A stretch of DNA of 64,000 nucleotides from Candidatus Omnitrophota bacterium. GTDB lineage: Bacteria > Omnitrophota > Gorgyraeia > Duberdicusellales > 4484-171. The stretch is taken from contig JAFGQU010000013.1 in assembly GCA_016935525.1 (NCBI GenBank), positions 26,523-90,522 on the forward strand, in the 5' to 3' direction. The position numbers and the translations under genes are program-made. Below the pieces are notes generated by a model. The model was given only the letters and a program-made list of their open reading frames with translations, was not told the DNA's origin and made no database searches. This document shows positions 46,168 through 55,741 of this stretch, piece by piece. The stretch's first letter is position 1. The number at the start of each line of letters is the position of its first letter.

Positions 46168-46650
46168 ATGCCACGTGTTGAGAAGAAAAAAAACAAAAGG
46201 AAACGTCCGGATTGGGAACAGTATTTCATGAAAGCGGCAGATCTGGTCAGTGAACGATCTACTTGTCTGCGCCGCCAGGTAGGGGCGGTATTGGTTAAAG
46301 ATAAACGGATCCTGGCAACCGGGTATAACGGGGCTCCTTCGGGGGTATCTCATTGCGAAGTTTCCGGATGTCTGCGGCAGAAACTTAAGGTCCCTTCCGG
46401 ACAGCGGCATGAGTTATGCCGCGGCCTTCATGCCGAACAGAATGTGCTTTTGCAAGCGGCGCTTCACGGGGTTTCGGTAAAAGGGAGCGTGTTGTATGTC
46501 ACTTGTGTGCCGTGCAGTATTTGTGCTAAAATGATCATCAATGCCGGCATAAAAGAAGTGTTCTATAAGGACAGCTATCCTGATGAGATGGCTGAATCGT
46601 TTTTAAAAGAAGCGAAAGTGAAATTAAAGAAATATAAAGGAAAGGAATAG
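46168..46650 (+). CDS. comEB: dCMP deaminase (ComEB-like)
   Basis: CMP/dCMP deaminase zinc motifs HAEQNVLL and [12 protein letters not shown]. Start uncertain (ATG 46144-46168). Confidence 0.75.
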   Translation: MPRVEKKKNKRKRPDWEQYFMKAADLVSERSTCLRRQVGAVLVKDKRILATGYNGAPSGVSHCEVSGCLRQKLKVPSGQRHELCRGLHAEQNVLLQAALHGVSVKGSVLYVTCVPCSICAKMIINAGIKEVFYKDSYPDEMAESFLKEAKVKLKKYKGKE

Positions 46651-46665
46651 TCCACTGCGAAGCAT

Positions 46666-47127
46666 ATGAAATGTCCTTTTTGTCACAGTAATTCCGATAA
46701 AGTTATCGATTCCCGGGAGACCCAGGAAGGGGTTTCTATCCGCCGTCGCCGGGAATGCACCAGTTGTAACCGGCGGTTTACTACCTATGAGTATATTGAA
46801 AAAGTGCCGTTGATGGTGGTAAAGAAAGACGGCCGGCGCGAGCCGTTTAGCCGGGAAAAGATATTGAGCGGCCTGATGCGGGCCTGCCAGAAACGGCCGA
46901 TCAGCATGGAACGATTGGATCAGCTGGTGAGCGAAGTCGAAAGTGTTATTCAGAAAAAATTTGATCAGGAAGTGCCTTCCAGCGCCGTCGGAGAGTTGGT
47001 GATCGAGAAGCTTCCCCAGATCGACGAGATCGCGTATGTGCGGTTTGCCAGTGTCTATCGGCATTTCAAGGATGTAAACCAATTCATGAAAGAACTGCGG
47101 GACGTGTTGAATAAAAAAATAAAATGA
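46666..47127 (+). CDS. nrdR: transcriptional repressor NrdR
   Basis: [18 protein letters not shown]...[12 protein letters not shown] Zn-ribbon plus ATP-cone. Confidence 0.9.
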   Translation: MKCPFCHSNSDKVIDSRETQEGVSIRRRRECTSCNRRFTTYEYIEKVPLMVVKKDGRREPFSREKILSGLMRACQKRPISMERLDQLVSEVESVIQKKFDQEVPSSAVGELVIEKLPQIDEIAYVRFASVYRHFKDVNQFMKELRDVLNKKIK

Positions 47128-47522
47128 TTGAAGTAGAATTATCAAGGATCATTATTGACGAACAAAAAAAAGAACAGATCGTCGTGCTTAAAGAAAAAAA
47201 CGGCACGAAACTCCTGCCGATAGTCATCGGGATCAATGAAGCCGCAGCGATCCGAATGAAGTTGAGCGGATTTGTGCCGCCGCGTCCACTTACCCATGAT
47301 CTGATTAAAAATCTTATTGAGAACCTCGGTGTAAGTCTGGAGAAAGTAGTGATTGATAAATTGGTGGACAGTACTTTTCATGCCAAATTGTATATACGGA
47401 GAAACGGCGAAACGCAAATGATCGATGCCCGCCCTTCAGACAGTATCGCTTTGGCAGTACGTACTAAATCGCGGCTTTTTGTCGAAGACGCCATCTTTGA
47501 ACAGCTTACCGGAAAAAGTTAA
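47124..47522 (+). CDS. bifunctional nuclease family protein (BFN/DUF151)
   Basis: [14 protein letters not shown]...PRPLTHDL...[14 protein letters not shown] are typical of PF02577. Confidence 0.7.
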   Translation: MIEVELSRIIIDEQKKEQIVVLKEKNGTKLLPIVIGINEAAAIRMKLSGFVPPRPLTHDLIKNLIENLGVSLEKVVIDKLVDSTFHAKLYIRRNGETQMIDARPSDSIALAVRTKSRLFVEDAIFEQLTGKS

Positions 47523-47544
47523 CATTAAATCCTCACCTTCTTGT

Positions 47545-48993
47545 ATGCGATTAAAAGATACAATAAGACTGATCCCTTATCTTTCTTCGCTTAAATCGAT
47601 TGCCGCGAAACTCGATGCCGATGTCTATTTAGTGGGCGGGTTTTTGCGGGATTTCTATCTGGGTGATGTAAAGATGTGCCGGGATTTTGATTTTATCGTC
47701 GCCGCCGGCGCGTTTTCTTTCGCTCAAGAATTCGCCAAAAAGACGGATTCTAAGATTATCGTTTTGGATGATGATGAAAAAACGTACCGGGTGATCCTGA
47801 AAAAGGCAAAGACGCATTATTATTACGATTTTGCCCAGATGCGCGGCAATTCATTGGATGAAGATCTGCGCTTGCGGGATTTTCCGCTCAATACGTTATC
47901 GGTACGGCTTGGCCGTGGTTCCCCAATAGAACTCTATGATCCTCTCGGCGGGAAAAAGGATATCGCCCGTAAACTGATAAGGGTCGCTGATAAAAACGTG
48001 TTAAAACAGGATCCGTTACGGATCCTGCGGGCGTTCAGCCTTTCTGTCAAGTATGGATTACGGATCGAACCGCTCACATTTACATATCTCGGTCAATACC
48101 GGAAGTTACTGAAAAAGGTATCGCCGGAACGGGTGAACGAAGAGCTGTTCAAGATCCTGGGGTGCGAGAAATGTTATCCGGTGATTAAAAAAATGGCTGA
48201 TCAGGAAATACTTGATGAGATCCTTCCCGGATTAAAGAGATGCCGGGGTGTGACTCAAGAAGGAGGGTTTCACCATCTTGACGTATTCGACCATTCCCTG
48301 GAGACTCTCCTGCGGTTTGAGATGATGTATAGTACACAGTTGGCCCGCAGGTCTCTGGTAAAGGAGTATCTTGATCAGGAATTGGCTAAAGGGCGCCGCC
48401 GGATTCAGATCATCAAACTGGCCTGTCTCCTGCACGATATCGGTAAACCGCGGGCAAAAAAGAGAAAAGATAAAAAAACCATTTTCCATCAACATGAAAA
48501 ATTCGGTTCGCGGATGAGCGAAGAGATCGCCGAAAAACTTAAATTTTCGGTCAAAGAAAAAGAATCGCTTAAAAAACTTGTTTTCTGGCATCTGCGTCCC
48601 GGGTATCTGGCGGATATCCGTTTGCCGTCGAGGCGGGCAGTATACCGGTTCTTTCGTGATTCGCAAGATGACGGGATCGGTATTATCCTGCTGTCGCTTG
48701 CGGATTGGCGGGCGACGCGTGGGCCGAAGACTTCCGAACGTGAAAAGATACAACACGAGAAAGTGATGTTTTCCCTTCTGAGACAGTATTTTGCCGAAAA
48801 AGGGAAAAAACCTCTCCGGAGGGTTCTTGACGGATACGATGTTATGAAAAAGTTCAAGATCGCCCCATCGCCTTTGGTGGGCGATATCCTTTCGGTGATC
48901 TATGAAGAACAAGCGTTAGGAAAGATCACTCATAAAAAGGACGCCTATGCTCTGGCAGCAAAATTAATCGCAAAAAAGAGAGGTACCCGGTGA
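47545..48993 (+). CDS. cca: CCA tRNA nucleotidyltransferase / poly(A) polymerase family with HD domain
   Basis: Pol-beta NTase head YLVGGFLRDFYLG...DFDF, and HD domain HHLDVFDHSL...LLHDIGK. Internal ATG at 47545 chosen as start. Confidence 0.8.
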   Translation: MRLKDTIRLIPYLSSLKSIAAKLDADVYLVGGFLRDFYLGDVKMCRDFDFIVAAGAFSFAQEFAKKTDSKIIVLDDDEKTYRVILKKAKTHYYYDFAQMRGNSLDEDLRLRDFPLNTLSVRLGRGSPIELYDPLGGKKDIARKLIRVADKNVLKQDPLRILRAFSLSVKYGLRIEPLTFTYLGQYRKLLKKVSPERVNEELFKILGCEKCYPVIKKMADQEILDEILPGLKRCRGVTQEGGFHHLDVFDHSLETLLRFEMMYSTQLARRSLVKEYLDQELAKGRRRIQIIKLACLLHDIGKPRAKKRKDKKTIFHQHEKFGSRMSEEIAEKLKFSVKEKESLKKLVFWHLRPGYLADIRLPSRRAVYRFFRDSQDDGIGIILLSLADWRATRGPKTSEREKIQHEKVMFSLLRQYFAEKGKKPLRRVLDGYDVMKKFKIAPSPLVGDILSVIYEEQALGKITHKKDAYALAAKLIAKKRGTR

Positions 48994-49757
48994 AGATAGA
49001 TACTACGGAGATCATTGTCTTACGGGAAAAGGTAGATAAGATTTCTGCGGATGCGGTCGTCTCTGTTCCCGGACAGTTTACCGATGAGGAGAAGGTACGT
49101 AGATTTACTTTCGATTCTTTAGGCGAAGCGCAGAAAAAAAAGAATAAAATCGTTGTGTTTTCCCTGTTGCCAGAGGAGCCCACAGGGTTAGGCTCCGGTA
49201 TCGTATCCAAAATAATGGCGCAGGAAGTCTTACGGTATGTGCGGACCGCTACACCGGATTTCTCGAAAATCATCTTTGTCGTATCTACCGAAGAGATGCG
49301 TTTGCTTTTCGAAAAGAATATGTATGGGTATCTGCACCATATGACTCACACCTTGAGCCGGGGCCCGTATCTTACCGTAGACGCGATCATCGAATATGGC
49401 GGCGGTATCGTGATGGTCGAACGGAGTAACCCTCCCCTGGGGTGGGCATTACCCGGGGGGTTCGTCGATTACGGCGAAAGCGCCGAAGATGCCGTATGCC
49501 GGGAGGTGAAAGAAGAGACACATCTTGATTTCGAAAATATAACACAGTTTAAGGTGTATTCTCAACCCTCACGGGATCCCCGATTCCATACGGTTTCGGT
49601 AGTCTTTTATGGGGTCGCCCGCGGCGAACCGACGGCTGATTCCGACGCCAAAGGGGTCGGGGTATTTGATTTAGATGAACTGCCTTCAATAATCGCTTTT
49701 GATCATCGTCAGATCATTGAAGATTATAGAAAATTAAAAATGAAAGATGAAAAATAA
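48990..49757 (+). CDS. NUDIX hydrolase with uncharacterised ~125-aa N-terminal domain
   Basis: Nudix box GGFVDYGESAEDAVCREVKEETHL. The N-terminal domain is not confidently assignable. Confidence 0.7.
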   Translation: MKIDTTEIIVLREKVDKISADAVVSVPGQFTDEEKVRRFTFDSLGEAQKKKNKIVVFSLLPEEPTGLGSGIVSKIMAQEVLRYVRTATPDFSKIIFVVSTEEMRLLFEKNMYGYLHHMTHTLSRGPYLTVDAIIEYGGGIVMVERSNPPLGWALPGGFVDYGESAEDAVCREVKEETHLDFENITQFKVYSQPSRDPRFHTVSVVFYGVARGEPTADSDAKGVGVFDLDELPSIIAFDHRQIIEDYRKLKMKDEK

Positions 49758-49843
49758 AAAATGTTAATTTTTATTTCCAGTTTTCATCTTTAACTTTCTT
49801 CGATTTTTTATTTTTAATATTTAATTTTTCATATTTATTTGCT
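49725..49843. repeat. AT-rich ~100-nt element (family 3), copy 1, spanning the nudix 3' end and the recG leader
   Basis: ATTAAAAATGAAAGATGAAAAATAAAAAATG...TTTTTTATTTTTAATATTTAATTTTTCATATTT. Shares ~85% identity over the first ~33 nt with 62175-62268 and shares the TTTTTTATYTTTAATWTTTAAYWTTTAATTTT block. Confidence 0.45.
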
Positions 49844-51904
49844 ATGGAACAAGTTGAATTACGTTACCTTAAAGGGATCGGCCCGAAAAACGAGAAGTTA
49901 TTTAATAAACTGGGGATCTATTCCGTAAGAGACCTGTTATATTTCTTTCCCGTACGGTATGAAGACCGCCGCGCCGTTACCTCGATAAAAGACCTTAAAG
50001 AAGAAGAACCGGCCCTCATTCATGCCCGGATAATGGCTAAACAGGTAAAACGGGTAGGTAAGAACCGGTTTTCCCGCCGCGGAGGGATATTCCAGATAAT
50101 CGTTGCCGATTCTTCCGGTAAAATCGAATGTGTCTGGTTTAACCAGTCTTATTTGAACGATTCGGTGAGTGTCGGCGATTGGCTGCTTGTGTACGGAAAA
50201 GTAACACGATATAAAGGTAAGCTGCAGTTTACCTGCCCGGATTTCGAAAAAACCGAAAAAGATGAAACTGCCGATAGTTCCTTGAATTTCGGCCGGATAG
50301 TCGGTATGTACCGTTTGACTGAAGGGATAAGTCAAAAACGTATGCGTCGGGTCATGGCCGAGAATGTGAAGAACTATGTGCATAAGATCGAAGATTACCT
50401 CCCGTTTACCATACGTAAAGAAAAGGATTTTCTCAATATCACCCAGAGTATAACCAATATCCATTTACCGTGCGATTTCGCCGCCGCCGAAAGAGCCCGG
50501 GCACGGTTCATCTTTGAAGAACTGTTTTTTTCGCAGATCACCGTATATTTACGTAAAGCTAAACGCGTCATGCAATCGGGGGTCGCATTTAAGATGGTTT
50601 CCCGTCTCCTGGATACCCTGAAACAACGGTTAGGGTTTTCGCTCACATCCGCTCAGCTGAAAGTGATCGGCGAGATCTGTGAAGATATGCAGAAACCTTA
50701 TCCGATGCACCGGTTACTCCAGGGAGATGTGGGTTCCGGTAAGACCGTCGTCGCGTTATGCGCCCTGGCGATTTGTGCCGCCAATGAATACCAGGCGTCG
50801 CTGATGGTGCCTACTGAGATCCTCGCATACCAGCATTATGAGACGTGTAAGCGGCTCCTGGGCCCGTTTGGATATACGATCGAACTGTTAGTATCTAAAA
50901 TACCGAAAGCTAAACGCCGCCGGTTACTGGAAAACCTTGCCGGCGGGAAGATCGATATCGTTATCGGGACTCATTCGCTGATCGAAGAGGATGTCCAGTT
51001 CAAACAGTTGGGATTGGTCGTTATCGATGAACAGCATAAGTTCGGAGTGTCTCAAAGAGCGCTTCTCCCTAAAAAAGGAGTCAATCCCGATTGTCTGGTG
51101 ATGAGTGCGACTCCTATCCCGCGCAGTCTTGCCCTTTCGCTTTACGGGGATCTGGACTTATCGATACTGGATGAATTGCCTCGCGGCCGTAAGAATCCCG
51201 AGACTCTGTTGATCCCGGAGGGAAAACGGAATAAAGTGTATGAGTTCATAAAAGGAAAATTGCGTGAGGGGAGACAAGCGTATATCGTATTCCCGGTCAT
51301 CGAAGAATCTCAGGATCAGGATCTGTTATCGCTTAATCAGATGTATGGCGAGCTTAAAAAGATCTTTAGTGAATTCCAGGTGGCGATATTCCACGGTCGG
51401 ATGAAAAAAGAGGAAAAACAAAAAGTAGTTGAACAGTTTTGTCAGAAAAAAACACATATTCTGGTGGCGACGACGGTGATCGAGGTAGGGGTAAATATAG
51501 AGAATGCGACAGTTATGGTGGTAGAGAATCCCGAACGGTTCGGGTTAGCGCAGTTACATCAGTTGCGGGGCCGGATCCGCCGGGCCGATTATCAGCCCCA
51601 TTTTATAATGATGCGCAGACAGAATTTAAGCGAACACGCGCTCGCCCGGCTCAGAGTGATCGCCGGCACGTGCGATGGGTTTCGTATTGCGGAGGAGGAC
51701 CTTAAATCACGGGGACCGGGAGATTTTTTCGGGCATTCTCAGTCGGGATTCCCTTATTTAAAGATCGCAAACCCTCTGAATGACATCAAGATCCTTCAGG
51801 AAGCCCGTCGGTATGCCTATCAGATAATAAAGAAAGATCCCCAGCTTATCGAATCGGCGCATAAACCTATCCGTAATTACCTGAAAGACTGGTTTTTAAG
51901 TTGA
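49844..51904 (+). CDS. recG: ATP-dependent DNA helicase RecG
   Basis: Wedge domain, helicase motifs (GDVGSGKT, DEQHKFG) and C-terminal RecG region. 686 aa. Confidence 0.9.
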   Translation: MEQVELRYLKGIGPKNEKLFNKLGIYSVRDLLYFFPVRYEDRRAVTSIKDLKEEEPALIHARIMAKQVKRVGKNRFSRRGGIFQIIVADSSGKIECVWFNQSYLNDSVSVGDWLLVYGKVTRYKGKLQFTCPDFEKTEKDETADSSLNFGRIVGMYRLTEGISQKRMRRVMAENVKNYVHKIEDYLPFTIRKEKDFLNITQSITNIHLPCDFAAAERARARFIFEELFFSQITVYLRKAKRVMQSGVAFKMVSRLLDTLKQRLGFSLTSAQLKVIGEICEDMQKPYPMHRLLQGDVGSGKTVVALCALAICAANEYQASLMVPTEILAYQHYETCKRLLGPFGYTIELLVSKIPKAKRRRLLENLAGGKIDIVIGTHSLIEEDVQFKQLGLVVIDEQHKFGVSQRALLPKKGVNPDCLVMSATPIPRSLALSLYGDLDLSILDELPRGRKNPETLLIPEGKRNKVYEFIKGKLREGRQAYIVFPVIEESQDQDLLSLNQMYGELKKIFSEFQVAIFHGRMKKEEKQKVVEQFCQKKTHILVATTVIEVGVNIENATVMVVENPERFGLAQLHQLRGRIRRADYQPHFIMMRRQNLSEHALARLRVIAGTCDGFRIAEEDLKSRGPGDFFGHSQSGFPYLKIANPLNDIKILQEARRYAYQIIKKDPQLIESAHKPIRNYLKDWFLS

Positions 51905-52476
51905 AGATATTAAAAGGAGAATTTAAAAACCGCAGTATCATCGTTCCCGGGAAGACCAGGCCGGTCGCGTTACGGGTAAAACGCTCTCTTTTCGATATCT
52001 TGCAAGACGTAATCCCCGAAAGTCATGTATTGGATCTGTTTGCCGGTTCCGGAGCCCTGGGAATAGAATCAGTTTCTCAAGGAGCCCATCACGCCGTGTT
52101 CGTCGATAGCGGGCTCAGTCCGGTTAAGACGATCCGGCAGAATGTGAATAGCTTGAAAATAGCCCATAAAACAAAGGTTATTTGTAAAGATGCCCTTGCC
52201 GTGGTGAAGCGTTTTCATGAACGCGGCGACCATTTTGATATTATTTATGCCGATCCGCCGTATTATCAGGGCCTGACGAGAAAAACCTTGCATACCTTAG
52301 AGGCTTATGATATATTAACCCCTCGTGGTTTTGTGGTTGTGACCTGTTTCTATAAAGACATTTTCGACTCTCAATTTACACATTTTCAAGAAATATCCAG
52401 AAGATCGTATGGACAAACAGTGATTATAGTCTATCAAAATCGTGATGAGAAAAGTCATATATCCCGGGACATTTGA
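51901..52476 (+). CDS. rsmD: 16S rRNA (guanine966-N2)-methyltransferase
   Basis: LDLFAGSGALGIE and IIYADPPY motifs. Confidence 0.85.
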   Translation: MKILKGEFKNRSIIVPGKTRPVALRVKRSLFDILQDVIPESHVLDLFAGSGALGIESVSQGAHHAVFVDSGLSPVKTIRQNVNSLKIAHKTKVICKDALAVVKRFHERGDHFDIIYADPPYYQGLTRKTLHTLEAYDILTPRGFVVVTCFYKDIFDSQFTHFQEISRRSYGQTVIIVYQNRDEKSHISRDI

Positions 52477-52924
52477 TCCGATTACGTTAGGCCATTTAGA
52501 TATTATTCAAAGGGCTTCTTGTATCTTTGATAAAGTGATCGTGGCGGTTGTGAAAGTCCCTTCTAAACAGACAATGTTTTCTTTCGAGGAACGGCTGGCA
52601 ATGGTAAAAGAGGCGACCGTTTCTATGCAAAAGATTGAGGTACAAGGGTTTACGGGATTAGTCGTTGATTTTGCCCAAACCTTAGGAATACACGTGATTG
52701 TACGGGGACTGAGAATGATCTCGGATTTTGAGTATGAATTCCAGATGGCTTTGACCAATCGCCGTCTTAATGACGAAATCGAAACCATATTCCTTATGCC
52801 TCATCCGGAATATTCTTATATTTCTTCACGTTTGATCAAAGAGGCGGCTCAGTTAGGGGCGTCTCTTTCCGAATTTTTACCGCCGATTTCCGCCCAATAC
52901 GTAAAGGAGAAATTGAACAAGTGA
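52442..52924 (+). CDS. coaD: phosphopantetheine adenylyltransferase
   Basis: IYPGTFDPITLGHLDII (T/HxGH nucleotidyltransferase motif). 160 aa. Confidence 0.85.
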   Translation: MMRKVIYPGTFDPITLGHLDIIQRASCIFDKVIVAVVKVPSKQTMFSFEERLAMVKEATVSMQKIEVQGFTGLVVDFAQTLGIHVIVRGLRMISDFEYEFQMALTNRRLNDEIETIFLMPHPEYSYISSRLIKEAAQLGASLSEFLPPISAQYVKEKLNK

Positions 52925-53433
52925 AAGTGGCTATCGAGACTTTAAATGAAGAGCCGTTTCGTGTCCAGGAAGATATCGTCGCCCAGGATTGGGGTATGGA
53001 TAGTTTTGATATTAAGTTTATCGATACGCTCAGTGTGACCGCCGATTTTACCAGAATAAAAAAAGATATTTATGTGCAGACCGAGGTCATCTCAAAACGG
53101 ATAATCGTCTGTTCGCGTTGTATGGATAAGGTCAAACAGACCGTCCGTCAGAATTTTCATTTTCATTTTGACCGCTCCGGTTTACGCGATACGCTGGAAA
53201 TGGATAATGCTATCCGCGAAGAGATCCTTTTACATTTTCCTATGAAAGTATTATGTAAAACCGACTGTAAAGGGTTATGTACGGTGTGCGGAAGCAACCT
53301 TAACCACAGCCGGTGTGATTGTCAGAAGGCTATTCATCGTGACCTTTCCTCTTCGGTCACCGCCGGCAGGTTTCAAGAGGCAGAGGGTGATACTGAATCA
53401 CAGATCCTTGAAAGAGAGTATATCGAGGAATAA
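52921..53433 (+). CDS. yceD: YceD/DUF177 family protein (large-subunit rRNA accumulation)
   Basis: CKGLCTVCGSNLNHSRCDC C-terminal motif. Conserved position upstream of rpmF-plsX. Confidence 0.75.
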   Translation: MKVAIETLNEEPFRVQEDIVAQDWGMDSFDIKFIDTLSVTADFTRIKKDIYVQTEVISKRIIVCSRCMDKVKQTVRQNFHFHFDRSGLRDTLEMDNAIREEILLHFPMKVLCKTDCKGLCTVCGSNLNHSRCDCQKAIHRDLSSSVTAGRFQEAEGDTESQILEREYIEE

Positions 53434-53465
53434 AAAATAACCCGTGTTACCGATAAGGAGGCATT

Positions 53466-53660
53466 ATGGCACATCCTAAACGTAGACATTCTCATTCTCG
53501 AACCAGAAAAAGAAGGACGCATCAAAAACTGACCGTACCGGCATTGGTCGTCTGTACCGAATGCAAAAAGATGAAGCCGGCACATATGGTGTGCCCTTTC
53601 TGCGGCTACTATAAAGGGCAACCGGTAGTGGTCTTGGAGAAAAAAGATAAAAAACGATGA
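53466..53660 (+). CDS. rpmF: 50S ribosomal protein L32
   Basis: MAHPKRRHSHSRTRKRRTH...CTECKKMKPAHMVCPFCGYYKG. Confidence 0.9.
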   Translation: MAHPKRRHSHSRTRKRRTHQKLTVPALVVCTECKKMKPAHMVCPFCGYYKGQPVVVLEKKDKKR

Positions 53661-54688
53661 ACTATAAGATCGGTCTTGATGTTTCCGGTGGAGATTGTGC
53701 TCCTCTTGAACCATTGAAAGGAGCCGAGCTTGCCCGGGGTGAATTAGATGCCTCGATCGTACTTTTGGGGATGAAAGAGGAGATCGCCCGCGGCGCCCAG
53801 GAAGCTAATATCGACCTTTCGCATTTTGAGATCGTTGAGGCCGAAGAGAAAATAGAGATGGCTGAATCTCCCGCCTATTCCGTCCGCCGTAAAAAAAGAT
53901 CTTCTATCGTAATCGCCAGTAATATGATCAAGAACCGCCAAATAGACGCGTTCGTCTCTTGCGGTAATACCGGAGCGGTGGTATGTGCCAGTTCTCTTTT
54001 GATCAGGTTGATCGAAGGAGTGGAACGGCCGGGTATCGGGATCCTTCTGCCTACATTGAAAGGGGTATGTCTTTTGATCGATGCCGGCGCAAATATCGAG
54101 CCGAAACCGCTTCATCTTTTTCAGTACGGGATAATGGCGTCTTTGTATTATTCGTCGATCCTCGGGAAAAAAGAACCGGTAGTAGGCTTATTAAATATCG
54201 GCGAAGAAGAGAGTAAAGGGCCGGATTTCATGAAGACGACTCACCGGCTTTTTTCTCAATCAACGCTTAATTTTGCCGGGAACATCGAACCTAAAAGTAT
54301 ATTTTCCGGAGATTGTGATTGTGTTATCTGTGACGGTTATGTGGGGAATGTCGTTTTAAAATTATCGGAAGGGCTGGCTGACGCTATGGGGAAGTTTCTG
54401 GCACTGAATATCAAGAACGATCCGTTAGGCAAAGTCGGTGCGTTATTGATGCGTAGTAGTTTGCAGAAATTCAAGAAGTCGACCGATTATGCCGAGTATG
54501 GCGGAGCCCCGTTGCTGGGTATTGACGGGGTCGTGATTATCGGACATGGCCGTTCTCATGCCTATGCGATCAAGAATGCTTTAAAAGTCGCCCAAGAAGA
54601 ACTTAAACGGGATCTAAACGCCCGAATAAAAGGAAGGATCGATGAGGTCAGCAAAGATAGTAGGATTAGGGAAATACTTGCCGCCTAG
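53657..54688 (+). CDS. plsX: phosphate acyltransferase PlsX
   Basis: IGLDVSGGD N-terminus and PlsX core. 343 aa. Confidence 0.9.
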   Translation: MNYKIGLDVSGGDCAPLEPLKGAELARGELDASIVLLGMKEEIARGAQEANIDLSHFEIVEAEEKIEMAESPAYSVRRKKRSSIVIASNMIKNRQIDAFVSCGNTGAVVCASSLLIRLIEGVERPGIGILLPTLKGVCLLIDAGANIEPKPLHLFQYGIMASLYYSSILGKKEPVVGLLNIGEEESKGPDFMKTTHRLFSQSTLNFAGNIEPKSIFSGDCDCVICDGYVGNVVLKLSEGLADAMGKFLALNIKNDPLGKVGALLMRSSLQKFKKSTDYAEYGGAPLLGIDGVVIIGHGRSHAYAIKNALKVAQEELKRDLNARIKGRIDEVSKDSRIREILAA

Positions 54689-55622
54689 AAAATTGACAAA
54701 TAGCGACCTGGAAAAAATGGTCGAAACTTCCGACGACTGGATTACGACCCGGACCGGTATTAAAAAACGCCATATCGTAGAGAAGGGGATGTCGGCGTCG
54801 ACACTTGCTAAATATGCCGCCCGTCAGGCTTTAAAACGGGCCGGGATCAAATCTTCCGATCTTGATTTGATCATTGTCGCAACGATTACGCCCGATACTC
54901 AGTTTCCTTCTACCGCCTGTTATCTGCAGAACCATCTGCATGCCCGTCACGCGGCCTGTTTTGACGTGTCCGCGGCCTGCGCCGGGTTCGTGTATGCGCT
55001 TACCTGTGCCTGGCAATTCATCAGTACCGGGTTTTATAAAAACGCTCTTATTGTCGGAAGTGAAGTACTCTCTTCGATTACCGATTGGCAGGACCGTTCG
55101 ACCTGTGTGTTGTTCGGAGACGGGGCCGGGGCGGCAGTGCTTACTTCTACCAGCCGGGGCGGGATATTAAGCGCGTATCTCGGTTCGGATGGTTCTAAAG
55201 GTGATTTCCTTATTTTGCCCGGAGGCGGGTCACGGTTTCCGTCGTCACATGAGACTATCGACCAAGGGTTGCATCATATTAAGATGAAAGGGAATGAACT
55301 TTTTCGTATTGCGGTCAGGATCATGGTCCAGGCGGCAAAAAAAGCGTTAAAAAAAGCAAAAGTCCCGGTGCGAGATGTAAAAATGTTGATCCCTCATCAG
55401 GCTAATATAAGGATCATCAACGCGGTTACCAAAAGGTTAAAACTAACGCCCGAACAGGTCTATGTGAATATTGCCCGTTACGGGAATATGTCTTCGGCCT
55501 CCAGCGCGATTGCGCTTTGTGAAGCCTGGGAAGAAGAGAAGATCAGCCGCGGCGATGTTATCGTGCTTGACGCGTTCGGGGGGGGACTGGTATGGGGCAG
55601 TACGGTGATCCGGTGGATCTGA
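54642..55622 (+). CDS. fabH: 3-oxoacyl-ACP synthase III
   Basis: KIVGLGKYLP start, active-site Cys (AACAGFVYAL), His/Asn region. Overlaps plsX by 47 nt. Confidence 0.9.
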   Translation: MRSAKIVGLGKYLPPRKLTNSDLEKMVETSDDWITTRTGIKKRHIVEKGMSASTLAKYAARQALKRAGIKSSDLDLIIVATITPDTQFPSTACYLQNHLHARHAACFDVSAACAGFVYALTCAWQFISTGFYKNALIVGSEVLSSITDWQDRSTCVLFGDGAGAAVLTSTSRGGILSAYLGSDGSKGDFLILPGGGSRFPSSHETIDQGLHHIKMKGNELFRIAVRIMVQAAKKALKKAKVPVRDVKMLIPHQANIRIINAVTKRLKLTPEQVYVNIARYGNMSSASSAIALCEAWEEEKISRGDVIVLDAFGGGLVWGSTVIRWI

Positions 55623-55627
55623 CGTTC

Positions 55628-55720
55628 GCCGATGATCACAGAAGGAAAGACACAGATGATCACTGATGGAAATATCTGCGATAGTCTGTGTATATTCAAA
55701 ATCTGTGCTCATCTGTGCAT
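55628..55720. repeat. family-2 repeat cluster, locus E3
   Basis: GATGATCACAG, CACAGATGATCACTGAT, ATCTGCGAT, TCTGTGTAT, AATCTGTGCTCATCTGTGCAT between fabH and fabD. Confidence 0.55.
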
Positions 55721-55741
55721 GTCGAACGAAGTGAGGCAGAG

